DNA from: Epiperipatus broadwayi
Taxonomy: Eukaryota; Animalia; Onychophora
Direction: 5' to 3'
DNA length: 64,000 nt
NCBI GenBank assembly: GCA_028023455.1
Contig: JAQFVV010000006.1
Location: forward strand, 18,848,001-18,912,000
Shown: in pieces, positions 37,306 through 51,599 of the stretch
Numbering within the stretch: the first letter of the stretch is position 1
Layout: each line of letters starts with the position of its first letter
Notes under the pieces: model-generated
The model's input: the letters and a program-made list of their open reading frames with translations, nothing else
What the model was told of the DNA's origin: nothing
The model's database searches: none
Program-made: the position numbers and the translations under genes

Positions 37306-40288
37306 AAAATAAATCTTTATTATAAAAATTTGTTTTTTCAAAAAGTATATATTTTTTATTTTGATAGTTGAATTTTTTTAATGTTTTTCAAATAAACAAA
37401 TTAGATTGTATATGATTATTAATCCATGTGACTTTTTAAGCAGATTCCTACATTTTTGGTGATGCATGCCAGTGGATGGTGCATATATTATAATGATAAA
37501 AAAATGATGAATGGAGCTAGCTCTTTTTTTATTATACCTCATGAACTGGACAAATGGGATGACACTGTTGGCTTAATAGTTCTAAGTTTTTAATTTCAAA
37601 ACTAAATATCATAAATGTACTAATGAGCCTCAAATACTAGCTAAATGTAATCTAGCAACAAAGGCATTTTATTGAATCTCAATCATATTTTGGATATTAA
37701 AATAAAAATATAAATAATCTATTCCAGTAACCTAAGTTTCTTAATGCTCAGTAATGAAACCATTCATTAAAATTCAAAAACATCTAAATATTGTTGCAAT
37801 ACTGGAGTAAATTAAGCACAATAACAGGACTCACAATCTTTCTGCTAAGTGATATAGTCTTTTAAAAAAAGATAAATGAAGTCAGTTTAATTAATAAATA
37901 ATAAGTTCATATTTTATTCACATTTATATAAGAATGACAATAATAATAATAGCCATTTCATTAGAGAGGCTTCCGAGATAATTTATAAACATCATATTTG
38001 GATAATAAATATCTGATATGTATATATTTTGATAAAGACTATCTCTGTTATGTGAATAAATACCTTATCTTTACTTCACTAATAGTTAAATAATTCAAGA
38101 TAATGGAATTTTGTTTCTTTGGTGAATAATCATTAACCCAAAATATATTTATTATTTTCCTTAAACAGTATTCTCCTAAATAACTAACGACGAAATATCT
38201 ACTGAGAAATCCCCTTTTTATTCAATATCAAAATACTTAAATAAGACAAGAGTATTACTATATATAAACTTACATAATGCCTCAATTAGATTGGGATTTA
38301 ATAAATAAATACTACAACAATTCTAAGAGCCACTAATTCTTAATATCTATTTACAAAATGATTTTTTCCATGTCTGTGGGATCCTACTTATATCATTCTA
38401 ACTTATGGGAAAACTTATAAAAACTAATTCACTTTTAAATATATTTTCAATGATTAAACAAATTATCATAAGTTACATATAAATATTAATTTGTCTTTAT
38501 TCATATGAGGTTCCAATACACATTTAAATTTAAGGCTATCTACACTATTCAACAAATATATGAGGAGTACAAGTCTTGTATAACATAAATATCAAATTCA
38601 ATATCTGTTCTTCAGTTCACTGTTTTCAATGGAAAACACTAAAAGAAATCGGAACATATATATATAAGTACTAATTATAACTGGTTTTGACCTTTCTTTT
38701 TATTTATTTTTTATCAAAAAAAATTCTGAATAATTTTGTGTCTGTTTTACCTTCTGATGTTGGTTCTTTGATTTTGATGCAAAGACCTAAAGTTACATCA
38801 TCTAGCAGTTAAATGTTCTCTTCTTTAAAATATTGAGAACAAACAAATGAAGCTGATCAACAGATTTTGGAAATGCCTTGCCACCTATGATGTTATTATT
38901 CTTTCTCCAGGGATTCCGATGGATAGTTGTTGTTATATTTCTCCCTTTATGTATACATTTTGCATTGATGATTTTCTGACTGATGGAATTTGGCACTAAC
39001 AACAAAGAGTTTTATGAAACTTTGGACCACTTAACTTTTACAGATGCATGTTGACAACTTGTTTACATCTTAAAATAAATTTTCTTTTATTCTCAGCAAT
39101 GAAAAAAACAAAACTGGATACACAAACTTTGCTTATCCAGAAGGAAGTGTGGTCACAATCATAATATCTCGCAATTTTATTTTTATTATGTCAATATTTC
39201 CATACTTTAAGTGCACACCAGATGATAATTCGTTTTCGAACAGCATACAATAGAAAGCATCATATATAAATAAAAATGCAGATAATTTTAAATAAATAAA
39301 CTTTAAAATACGTAAAAAAAATAATTAGTTGTCCATTTTCCTTACAAGATAATCACACACACCCCTAGTTACCTTTATCATTAACATTATTATTAATCGT
39401 AATTTAATATAATTCAGTTATCTCTTTGTTTTTTTTTTATTTATATTGCATTCTTAATACAAATGTAAACAAAATATCAACTTTTAGGTAAATTAAAGTA
39501 TTAAAATAACAACGAAAATTGTTATAAAAAATGAATTGCAAAAATCTTTGTACATTTCATTTTTTTTTTCAGAACAACTATTTTAAGGATTGATCAGTCT
39601 AATCCTTTCAATATTTTTTAAAAATTACATTAAAAAGTATTTTAGTGATAATTTAAACAAAAACAAATCTTTGATTGTAAAAGTCCAAGCTCTTTCAAAA
39701 GAGCCCGTTTTTCTTTCTAAAAATTGACTTTTTAAAAACGACTTTTCAATACAATTTAGTTCAAATGCAGCTTTTATTTTCATATGGCATTAATTTCAAT
39801 GTTATGAAATAGCATTCACTAAAAATTTATTATTTGTCTTATATCTGATTTATAGTTCAACTTATGATATTGCAAATTTATTTTCACAGATTTTCATTGC
39901 TTTTCCAAGTTATTCAGAAATCTTCAATTAATCCCAGTGAATTTATTTTTTAATCTTTTTTTTTTATATAGTTATTTGTAATTTCTGCAACCTATCAAAT
40001 ACAATACAGCTATATAAGACAAAAATCTGCAAATAAATTTATATTTTCTGCCTTTCTTTTCCTCATTTTTAATTTAAAAATTAATAATGTTACATTTATT
40101 TTATGCCTTTCTTTTTTTTCTTCTTTAATTTAAAAATTAATTAATAATGTTATGTATTATATAGGCACCTGTACTCATTGCATAATTTTTATCATAATCT
40201 TTATTTCAAAACTATTCTTCTATGGTGACAAAATAAAATCTTTCTCTTACTTTTATTTATTAAAAATTGTATAATTAATATTGTTATA

Positions 40289-40432
40289 ATGTCATGTGAA
40301 ACTTACCAAGTCTATTTTAAACAATAATTGAATTGTCTTCTAGCTGTCATGTTCAATAACTTTCAGAGTAAGAAAAAGTTATTGAACATGGACGCCAAAG
40401 GGCAGTAAACTTGGTAAATTTCACATGACATA
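40289..40432. repeat. Small palindromic MITE-like element 70 bp upstream of exon 5
   Basis: Outer IR atgtcatgtgaaacttaccaagt / acttggtaaatttcacatgacat and inner IR catgttcaataacttt / aaagttattgaacatg. Confidence 0.7.
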
Positions 40433-40502
40433 TTTATTCAATATTATGTTATATAGATAATAATAGTTTAAAAAAAGAATAAATATTTTTTAATTCTTCC
40501 AG

Positions 40503-40616
40503 CTTGAAGATGCAGACTTTGCCAAGGTGTCGGCCACTAAAGCCAAGCAAAGTGTAGAAATGGAGCTTCAGGAACTGCAGCAGCAACTCGATGATGCACT
40601 TAGGTCTAAAGCTAAT
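40503..40616 (+). CDS. Myo18: Myosin-XVIII tail, internal exon 5 of 6
   Basis: ttcttccAG / GTaagt; 114 nt: LEDADFAKVSATKAKQSVEMELQELQQQLDDALRSKAN, matching [38 protein letters not shown]. Confidence 0.92.
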
Positions 40617-41149
40617 GTAAGTATCATCTGAGAATTAATTTAATATTGTTAGTAGAGGAGATCTTGTCTATAGTAAATAATGAAGATTCCAGTGAAAATA
40701 ATAAAAAATATATGTATAGTCAATTTTTAATTGGTGATCTGAATTTTCAATCACTTAAGGATTAGGATGAGCACAACAGATTTTACTTATTCTTGTCTTT
40801 TAAATAAATCTTGTAATAAGATTTGTAGAGGTTTCTACTATTGTTTTTCAGGCGCACGATCTTAATATGTATTACTTTAATTGTATAGGTTGTTTTTTTT
40901 TAACATTTCAAATCTGGGAACTGATCCTTTGATTGTATAATCCATCTTGTGCAGGACAAGAATAGTTTAAAAGAGCTTGTGAAAATATTATATTTTGTTA
41001 ACTTTTTAAATATCAAATTGAAGATACTATGGTGATTGCTTTTGTAGAAAAGTTTGGCAAGTTGTACTATTTCAGTATTTCTGTTTACCATAAACTTGAA
41101 TAATTGGCAGGTGTTAGTGCTCTCTCTCTCCAAGAATGTTTGTCTGCAC

Positions 41150-41240
41150 CATCATACTATTTTGTAGCTTATGGTCTTTATCAGTGAGTAGTTTGGGGCT
41201 AAGTCCTCCAGTGCATCTGGATCTTTTAGATTAATGCAAC
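41150..41240 (-). repeat. Decayed copy of the hammerhead-bearing repeat at 61.3 and 61.8 kb
   Basis: Minus strand actactcactgataaagaccataagctacaaaatagtatg versus actcctcactgatgaaagccacaagctagaaactagtctg. Confidence 0.5.
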
Positions 41241-44200
41241 TTCTATCCAGAAGTCACCTCAACTTGAACTTGAAAAATATCTTAATGTTTGAATCTAAGC
41301 CAATTTTCTTGAATAGTTTTCATACCAATTCATATGTTTTGGTCTCAATTTCTCTTTTCTGTATGTGATGTAATATTTTTATGTTGCTCTATAAATTGAT
41401 TGAAATCAAATTTTTCTTTTTGAGCTTTCCTTCTTATAAAACAGCACATTGTATAACATTCAATTGCTTATGTAGAATCATTATATGAAGATCAATATGA
41501 TTTATTTAAACTTATTTAATTATGAAATATAGTTTAATTTTATGAATTTTAATTGTGTAATGTGAATAATTTCTTCCAATTAATTTAATAATGGTTTCAT
41601 TTTGATTACATATATTATTATATATTAACTGAAAAAATAGCAATTGAAGTTTAAAACTTCAGCATTTTCATACAGCAGGAAGTTATCTGCTAAGCACAAG
41701 AGAAAAGCAAACTATATGGAATCGCTTGTCGTACTCAAAAACTAAAGATTTCTGGATTGATTCGTATCTGAGAAGGTAACAAAAAAAAAATCTTATTTTG
41801 CTCAAACATTATTGGGCAACTGATCCTATAATTCTTTGTTTAACCACAAAAATAGTTAGTTTTGAGTGAGGCAGTTTCATGAATTCTGTGTAGAACGAAA
41901 CTTTCAAAACATAGTTCTATTACTGGGTTATATGTTGTGATTAGAAAATCACCGTCAAGCTGCATGATGTATTTTAATATGCCTTATTTCAGAGAAACAA
42001 AAATTTGCAGTATCTTTGTTTTGATAGAAACATTTCTCTCAAAATTGTATTTCTAGATTGTATGATTAAAAGAAAAGCTGACTAATGAAATCTATAAAAT
42101 TAAAAATCTAATATGTTTGATATCTCATTTACCTGAATATGTGAAAAACTTGTGGAGTTAAGAAATTACAAATAACATGGTGCATTATCAAACTGGAATT
42201 TCTTAGCACAAATCTTTCAATCACTATTTAATAAGCTTATAGCAATTATATTTTATGCAACTAGATATTTGAAAAATTATTTTCAAAATGGCTGACATCT
42301 ACAGTTTGAAAAAAATAATAAAATTTTCTAATCTATTATTATGCATATGTAAAGAGTTTTGTTAAAGTTTTTGATATAATTCAAAATATAGAAATGCTAG
42401 AATAAATTATATTACGAAAACAGTAATCCGTGGTGCATAATTAACTATCGTCATTTGATCTTAGTTACTCAATCTACCTTCAAGCACAGAACTTAACATA
42501 TATTTGTAATTTTAAAGGGGTGTAGAATATTTAATATTTTCTGTTTGATAAATGCTTGTTTTGACAGTATCTTATTTTTCCAACAAATTTTTAACCAATT
42601 ATTTGCTGAAATGTTAATTCATGATTGCTTGTTAGGTTCTTATTTTCATGTAATGTTATAAAGAATAATTAGAAGCTTAGATTCATGCCTTGAATTTTAA
42701 AAAAATGCAAGCCATCAGCATACATATTTTTCTTTCTTTTGCTTGTGTGTATTTACTTTCATAAATATATATTTTTATATTTACAAACTAACAATTTAAT
42801 ATTATTAAGTTGTTGCTTCATGTTTTACTGAAAATTAAAATGGAAAAGTCGCACTTTCAAAAATTAAAATGGAACACTATTATTTAGAAAAAAAGATGTG
42901 AATCTAGAATGTAAACTTTTCCAAATAATTTTTGTATCTTCATTCAAAGTTGTTATTAAGTGTAGGCATATAAAGTACAAACTTAGACTTTCAGTAATTT
43001 TTAGAGCCTCAAAACTCTAAGGGGTTTTATGTATTTTTTTACAGTACTGAGACATTCTTGTCTTTATATGATATTCTACCTCAGATTTATGATAGTATAA
43101 TTGTAATCCTGCTACAACCCATAACCAGAATCATATTTGCTTATTATGCTCCTAGGAATATATATATATGTCCCTTTCTTTCTCCTCATTGTAAAAAATA
43201 AAAATTATTAATGAGGCCGCTGAAACGGTATATTTCTAGGAATTTACCTAGAAATAGCACCACCATGCGGCTGACATGATAGAATAGAAAACAACCACTT
43301 TTTCAAACAAGCGTAATTTGGTATATATTATTGCAATTGATACATTTCTTTATAAATTACATTTTGTTTCCCCTTATATGCATGCTTGTTACAATTTAAC
43401 TTTGTTTAGAGGACACAAATGGATCTGATTTCAATAATGTTTGTATTTTTTCAATTTCAACTTTCTCATGCATAATAAAAAATAATTTTATGATTTAGGA
43501 TCTTTAAGTGCTCCATTTTTTTAAGTCTTTATTTCTAAGTAGATCCAGATCTATCTTTAATATGACTTATTTGCATGTTGAGGATAAATTAACAAAAGCT
43601 TTTTGAAAAGTAGATGGTACTTATTTAAACTACCAGTTGATATGGTTTCTTAGGGGTTTTCTTTTTTTAAACTCCAATTAAGATTTTTTACTTTTTTAAT
43701 TAGGTATGTTAAGTCTGCTATATTTTTATCAGTAGTTCAAATCCTCAGTAGATCCAGAAATTTTTCAAATAACTGAAAAATTTATTTATGTGAATTCAAA
43801 ATATTAATGAGATTGAGAGTTGGATTACTAGTAGCATGACTTGCAGATATGTGTTAACTTTGAATAATCAATATTTGGTTAAAATGCAGCAATAGGTTAT
43901 AATGTTAGCTTATCAAAAGTTAACATCTTACTTCTGGTACAAACAAAATGCCTGAGATCTTATGTTATTGATTGATATTCACTCATAAAAGGCTTGATGT
44001 TCTTTTCAATACAAGTAGTATTGAATGTTTTCTCTGTGCTCTTTTTATCTTACTCTTATTTTTTTATCTGCCATCCTAGTTATATAAGGTGATGTAAACC
44101 CATTTGTCAGGAGGTATCTCTCTCTAATTCTATAATTAAAAATCACTTCTTTTCTTGTCAAAAACTTTATTTGATGTATATTATTAGAAACAGAAGTAAA

Positions 44201-44769
44201 TGGATTTATCTCTCTCTACTAACTACAACAGTAGGATTATGTGCAACTACTTTAATCATCTTCTAATTATATTTGGACCAATATAAATATTAGTTATAAG
44301 ACATTACAATTATAATTGCAACCACCAGAAAATGTGTTTTAAGTTGATGATGTGCTAATTTTCAATCAGTAAAATTTCAGTTATATGGGCGCTTCTACAG
44401 CATGTGATCTGCCCATCAGATAATACCACATAGGATATATCAACAACCAAAGAAAAATTTAGTAAAAAGTAAAATAAAATTATTTGTTTAGCAAAGAAAT
44501 AAAATGTATAAATATTTTTATTGAATTTGCAGGAAAAAGTATTTTAAATAAAAATAAAAAAATTATTTATTTAATAATTGAAGCAATTCAGATTTTCATA
44601 CTTTCATATGAAATAAGACATATAGTCTTGTTTGTAAAATAAATTATTTTTAGGCTTTTACTTGATGTATTTCTTGCCATAAATTTATTAAGCTGTATAA
44701 ATATATACACAATGTGAGTTGGTTTTGTAAAGCCAAGCACTGTTAGCAAAAAAAAAGTCCAGATATTTA

Positions 44770-44990
<221 letters not shown>

Positions 44991-45025
44991 TAGTATTTTT
45001 CCTCTGGATATCTCTCTCATTTAGT

Positions 45026-46593
45026 TGTGATGAGGGTATAATGGGGGCTTAGGCAACAAATTTCGCAATCAAACTGGCGACAACATCTGTTAATTCATGT
45101 ATTCAATGTAGCATGATACACAACACAAAATACTATATTGTCAGGAATGTATATCTGATCAGTAAGTAGATTAGAGAAGGCATTGTCTCTCCACCAACAG
45201 GAATGTGACATCTGTTGGCGAGTAGAACAATAAACATAAAACTCCATAGGAATGGACTGCGGTCCTTTGCCGTCTTACAAATCCATCCATAGGCAAACAG
45301 AAGGTGTGTGGCGTATATCTATAATCCTGCATAGACCTCATACTACATCTACAATTACACAAATATATCCAATCCATTGAACCAATTCAACTACGAAATG
45401 AATAGCCTAAGATTACCCTCCCTTAATATAACTTTACAAAACCATATAGCCATTCACGCCTGACTTAAATTTAACATTTAAATACGTTCACACAGATTTG
45501 TTTAAAAATGTTGGGTATAGATCGATTACATAGATTCACGTCAAAAACATTTCAAAATAAACATAAATGATCAAAATACAAAATTATTGATACCGACAAT
45601 CGCAGAGGAAATTTATAAGAACCCAATAGTATTCACCATAAGATACTTGCGTTGTCACAATAACTAAAAGACATCCAATAAATACATTTTAGATACGTAC
45701 GATCATTATTTATCGAATGTCTATATATTTTGATCAAATATGAAAACCAAAATATAATTAACCGTGAACGAATCCATGCAAGCGTCTATAAAAACTAAAT
45801 TTCATGCATTTAAATAATCTTACAATAAGAAAAAAAAAATGGAAATGATGTTTATCAATCGGAAAACATATAAAATTAAACATTATTAATTTGATTTAAA
45901 AACTTACAAAAGTCAGATAAGAGTCGTTTTAACATTTAAGTTGGCTTGTTTATCAATTTATAAAACTTGCGAAAGTTCTTAATTGATTTTAATAATTGTT
46001 CATTTCATATAGCTTATGGTAGAAGAGTCCAGGTTCCTGTTTTAATTCCCGGACACCTCCATTGGAAGATAATGTTCTGGAGATGGCAATAGCTGGTTCA
46101 AGGTATCACAGTCTTTTCCTTTTTCTTTTAAATAGAGAGTGTGGTATGTCCACCACAACTCTCAAACACACAACGCTGAACTAAAAAACTGTATTTCCCT
46201 TTTATATTATCCACACAATTCAATCAACAAAATCACTAATCCATCACTTTCGTTAGGGTCCAGAAGGTTAGTGTTTCATTGGTCAAGTAATTTCTCTTTC
46301 TTCTTATCTATCTTTCATCAGATCATTTTAATTATACAAGAGCCACTATCTTTCAAACAATTTATAAAAATCATTTATTTAAGATTACAAGAATTAATTA
46401 ATACTGTTTTATTTTTAAATCTTATACTTTTTATAAAAAAGTTCAAATTTATTTATTTGTTTTTAAAAAAAAATATTTTAAAATTTGGATCTTTTAACAA
46501 ACATTTAATTTTAGGTTTAGTTTTTACTTTTATTTGCGAACTTTTAAGTTTTTATTTTAAATTAATGTAACGACATATTTGTATATCGTTACA
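45026..46593. mobile_element. Unclassified 1.57-kb insertion with TG...CA termini
   Basis: Splits the inverted copy of the hAT fragment exactly (cattt | cagtat). Starts TGTGATGAG and ends in the 28-bp palindrome TGTAACGA...TCGTTACA. No clean TSD. Confidence 0.45.
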
Positions 46594-46669
46594 GTATATA
46601 ATAAAAGTGTGGTGTGTTCACTACCCATTTCATTGCATAAAAATGTAGATAATCTTGATTGAAATGATC

Positions 46670-47390
46670 ATAAAAAACAGATGCTGAAATATTATTATCT
46701 ACTATGCAATTTTGTTTAGATTTCTGAACATGTTTTAATAATAGCAAGTGTTCTTTAGTTCTTTTTTCCAACGTACATCTAGATTCACCTATATATTTAC
46801 TGCCACACCTACATATCCATTTATAAATGACACAATTTTTATTTATAAATGAGGTTTTATCTTTGGAGTTATTTATTAATTTGTTTAATGTAGGAGGTGT
46901 GTAAAATGCAATATCACATATATCTTTATAAATTTTCCTTATAAACTTTACTTGATAATTTGAAATATATGGGATTGATATCCATATTTTTTTATTAGCA
47001 GGAGAATCAATATTATTATTAAAATTTTTATTTTTATATTTTGTATTAAAATCTCTAATAACATTATATATGTGATTATAACTATAGCCAACCCTTAACA
47101 ATTCATTCAAGTATATTTCAATATTTTTGCCTTTATCTGATGAATATTTGCAAAGACTATTATTTCTAAATAAGAAGGACTTCAAACCTGACATTTTGTG
47201 TGACATTGGCACTTTTGATTTATATGGAATATAACCTCTTTTTACTATTGGTTTAATGCTCATACAGTAATCCAGCATGCCTTGATTCTTAGTTATTTTA
47301 AGATCAAGAAACTGAACGCACATTAAATCTTCATCTGTTTTTATCCATCTTAGGCCTTTCAAACCATTTAATTCCTCAAACAACTCATTA
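46670..47390 (-). mobile_element. Penelope-like element fragment: RT thumb/linker + GIY-YIG endonuclease
   Basis: Open frame 46589-47383: VQFLDLKI...SIPYI...DIAFYTPPTL...CVIYKWICRCGSKYIGESRCTLEKRTKEH. The 3' end runs into hAT-derived sequence. Confidence 0.9.
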
Positions 47391-47535
47391 ATTGTATTCT
47401 GTTTTTATGACCATAATAAATCATGTATTTATGGTTTTGACTTCAATTTTAACAGTGTAAAAATATTGTAAATTGAAAAAAATAACAATAAAAGAAAAAT
47501 AAAGGAGGCTATGCTAATATACTATAACGTTTTCC

Positions 47536-48918
47536 GGTACTTGGGTATTATTCCTGCAACCTATGAAAGATAGGACAACTTTTTACATACACGATAATGT
47601 TGCGAACATTAAATAAACTTTTGTGATTTTACTTTTTTCCTCGTTAAACAACGTGTTTTTGAACGGGCACAAAACGTGCTTTGAAACGTGTCAACCGAAA
47701 CTATTATATAGGTGCTTTTTTGGACATTTTGGTATTTTTTTTCTGATTCAAAAGTTTGTTTGTACATTTTAAACTTACCATTTGTTATTATTGTGAATTT
47801 GGTTTAACATTTTTAATTTCAAATGCATTATTTACTTCTGTGTTTTTTTTTCCAATTTCAACTTGGTTATTGTCTGACTTCTGCGTTTTTGAATCTTTGA
47901 ATTAAAAATTTATTATTTAATTGTAAATGAATGAAGACGTTGACTTTGTTATTTGTTTATTCCAAAAATTAGATTGCCTGGCAGAATTCCATTTAAAGCA
48001 TGTACTGGGCAATCACTTGTTCCACAAATGTTTCGGAAAAATAGAAAGGACGGTGGGAGGGGGGGTACTACTGACAATCGCCATTTTGTATGTAAAAATC
48101 GTCTGCATAAATGTATATTTCATAGAATATTTTTTCTTTTTTACTTTTATAAAAATATATTTATGTTGGCTTTTTTTTTTACGGACCACGTATTTTTTTT
48201 AAAAAAATTGATCGAATTAAGTAAGCATCAAAAGTTAGTTTGTGTCCGTGTACAATTTGTAAAAGTACGTGTATATCTCTCATAATATTTTTTTTGTTTT
48301 TGTAAAACTGTATTGAGTATTATTTCTGCAACCAAGGAAAGATAGAATGACTTATTTGTTTATTCGAAAAATTAGATTGCCTGGCAGTATTCCATTTAGA
48401 GCATGTACTGGTCAATTACTTGTTCGGCAACTTTTTCGGAGAAGGAGGAAGGAAGGGGGGGGGGGTTGCTACTGACCATCACTATTTTGTATGCAAGAAT
48501 CATCTGCATAAGTATATATTTCATAGAATATATTTACTTTTATAAAAATAAATATATATGTTGGCTTTTTTTTTTTCTCCTGCAACACGGACCACATATT
48601 TTTTTTGTTGAAATTGATCAAATTAAGTAAATGTCAAACGTTAACTTGCGTCTGTGTAGAATTCATAAATACGTGCTTATCTCATGTAATATTTTTTAGT
48701 TTTTTTTGTCTTTGTAAAACTGTATTGAGTATTATTTCTGCAACCAAGGAAAAATAGGATGACTTTTCACATTCGTATCAAAGCATTGCTAACTTTCTAA
48801 TGTTTTTATAATGTTTGATGTTGCCAAAATAACAACATTAAAAAGTTAGCAGTGTATTGATACGAATGTGAAAAGTCCTCCTATCTTTCCTTGGTTGCAG
48901 GAAAAATACCCAAGTACC
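47536..48918. mobile_element. Non-autonomous Merlin-like DNA transposon (GGTACTTGGGTATT TIR)
   Basis: TIRs ggtacttgggtattattcctgcaacc / ggttgcaggaaaaatacccaagtacc with a perfect 8-bp TSD CGTTTTCC. Terminal hairpin at ~48722-48918; internal ~403-bp tandem duplication. Confidence 0.92.
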
Positions 48919-49559
48919 CGTTTTCCGTTTTGCTAGGCCTTTTCACGCTAATATAAATTGCGCACGAGTTGATCAAGCTATGTCAAAAAGAAGATTGTAT
49001 TTCGATTTCTATTAAAAACATAGCTATATTTCCTGATCAACTCGGCCTTGTAATTGTTGAGAATTATGCTATCTACAACATCAGCTTTTAATTTACTTGA
49101 AAGGTGCCAGAGTTCTGCAAGAACCCACTGAACCATCACATAGCATCTCGAAAATTAAAAAGAAAAGATATTTTTAAACTAATTGGTATTACATCATATC
49201 GTAACGAGAATTATTTTTTTAAGATTATTATTCCGGGGCTTATTGAAACATATTGGCAAAGGTAAATTACGTTTTAAATTTCATTAGACTAATAATAAAA
49301 AATAATAATTATTATTAATAACGCACAAATGAAAATTGGTATTAGAAATATTTTTTATTCTAATAGATCAAAAAATAAAATTTGAAAGGCAATTATTTAT
49401 CAAATAAATTGGAGAGAACACACTTAAATCAGATGTGAATCAATTAATAAAAAACAATTTTACAATTACAGTTCACTTCCAAATTTCTTCTTGAAAGTTA
49501 CTTAAAAATGAATGTCTCTTGCACAAGAAATTTAATGTCTCTATCAGGATTGTTTAAAC

Positions 49560-50000
49560 ATATTTTTAAGAATTGTTTGCAAACGTTACTTTTGTCACAA
49601 TCAGGATAATGAAGCATAACTTAATGGTAAGTTTTAGTGAATTCACGATGGTTGTAGATAACTATGCATAGTTTTTCGGGGTTAAAATGAGCTCACGGCC
49701 TTTGATTATTAGTTGATCTTGCGGTCCATTCTCCTAGTTGGTCACGAAACCTTTTCTGGTATACATCTTCAGGCACGATGTCTTCAGAAGCTCCGGTTCA
49801 CTCCGCCATGCCGAATTACTTCAGCATAGAGCGATCTTGGATATATTATTGTTATCCAAGACCAACTAGAGAAACCAACGAACAAGACGTTCCTCCAACC
49901 GAATCCCTCCTTTTTATACTAGAGGTCCAGTTTTCAGACTTCTGCGCATATCTTTTGTTTGTCAAAATATACGTTGATAATCTTATATATTCTTTATAAA
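49560..50000 (-). mobile_element. CpG-rich decayed coding-like segment, possibly a pogo/Tc1-type transposase remnant
   Basis: Broken-frame fragments LVLDN and ILTP...SYLQPS loosely resemble DDE_1 motifs. Composition differs from the host background. Confidence 0.25.
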
Positions 50001-51599
50001 ATTTATGTTACAAAGTCTTTATTTTTTACAGCATAATTCTGCCATCTTTAATTAGTTGAAATATTTTTACTTTCTCTTATCTAGATTGGTAATTTGTGTC
50101 TTTTGTTTTCTCCAATTCTAACTTTTATTTCTAATTACATAAAAAAAACGAAAGAATAATTTAACTTTCATTGTACGTTATTTTTTTTAAAAAAAAAAAA
50201 AAAATTAGTCAAAAAAAATCTAAATTTACTTTTATTTTTTAAGCTTTTACCAAATGCCAATATATTTGCAACGTATATAAATAAACGTTACAATACAAAT
50301 ATAAACATGACTTAATTAACAGGCAAGCAGCAAACGTTAAGATCATGGAATTGTGGGAAAGTTAGCATTTCAAAGCTTTAGTTGAAACAGATTACTGGGA
50401 TAATCGAAAGCGCTGCTAAGTGGATAAAATTTTTAATTATTTAGTTACTGTATTTACAAACATTCAGTTATATAATTACATATATTGGTTTAAAAATACA
50501 GACATCGAATCATAATATTATTACATATATATATATTTAATAGTCTCTTAGTTTAATAAGTAATGATTCAATATCTTTCACACAAGACTTGAAGAGCACC
50601 TTTTTAAGTGTGTTATGATAATTCAAGCGAAAAGATCCTCTGTTACACTTCGATTTTTAGTTTTTGCAATTGTAATCATTTGAAGTATAGATTTTTCTAG
50701 AGAATTACAGTCTCCTTAAAAAATGTAAATCCTTTTGCTTTGTAATCAGTATGTGCTTATGAAGTTTAGCTGGAGCCAATGGACTATTTGCTAGTATTTT
50801 ATTAGAGCTTTCATGGAAGCTCTACGCATAAATTCCAAATTTAAATTTATCTTTCATCCTATTTACATTTCGAAAAGTGCTTAGATGACAACTGTTTTTA
50901 ATATTAAATTTTGAAGGAAACACTTTGTTCTCTAATCAAAAATGTGTCAGAAAGTTCCTCTCTTTAACCAAGAATGCATGGATAACTTTTGAATATTGAA
51001 ATTCTAATATTAGTAAGAACAGAAACAAAAAAAATTCTGTTATAAAAAAAAAAATAGCAACACACAACAGCAAATGAGAAAGAAAACTATTAAAAAGTAT
51101 CAATAATGTAAAAATAATTGTAATAAATAATTTGATAAAATATTTAATAATAAAAATTAAAGATTGTGAAATAAATAAGATTGTAATGTATAAAATCGAA
51201 TTTAAATAATTGAAAGCTGTATTGCCAAAAGAAATAATTTATAATTATTATTCAAAAAAAAATTATAATAATAAATTTTCAGTTATAAAAAGATCCAAAG
51301 TGCTTATAAAATAGAATAAACTTACATATATTGAAAGAGACTTTTGTCCTGAAGTCAGCTTTTTATTTACTTTAATGAAATCCAATAATTCTTCGTAATT
51401 TTAAAATTGGAAAAGTTGTGGTTCCTTACGAGGTGGTGATGGGTTAAATATTGGAAGGATTTAAGATGTGCTACTGGATCTTAAGAATGTTGTTGTTATT
51501 CCTTACAGCAAAGGTCATTTCAAGTGTTTTGTTGAATAGATGAATGATTACATTGAAGTTTTAGAGAATCATAAACTCAAGGAAATCTCTCATCCTGCT

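Noticed and set aside
37063-37371. Poly-Gly (+) and poly-Pro (-) ORFs
   Set aside because: They are translations of a poly-G low-complexity tract that is probably artefactual; no splice or homology support.
46139-46570. 143-aa hydrophobic ORF
   Set aside because: AT-rich low-complexity translation inside the unclassified insert; no recognisable motif.
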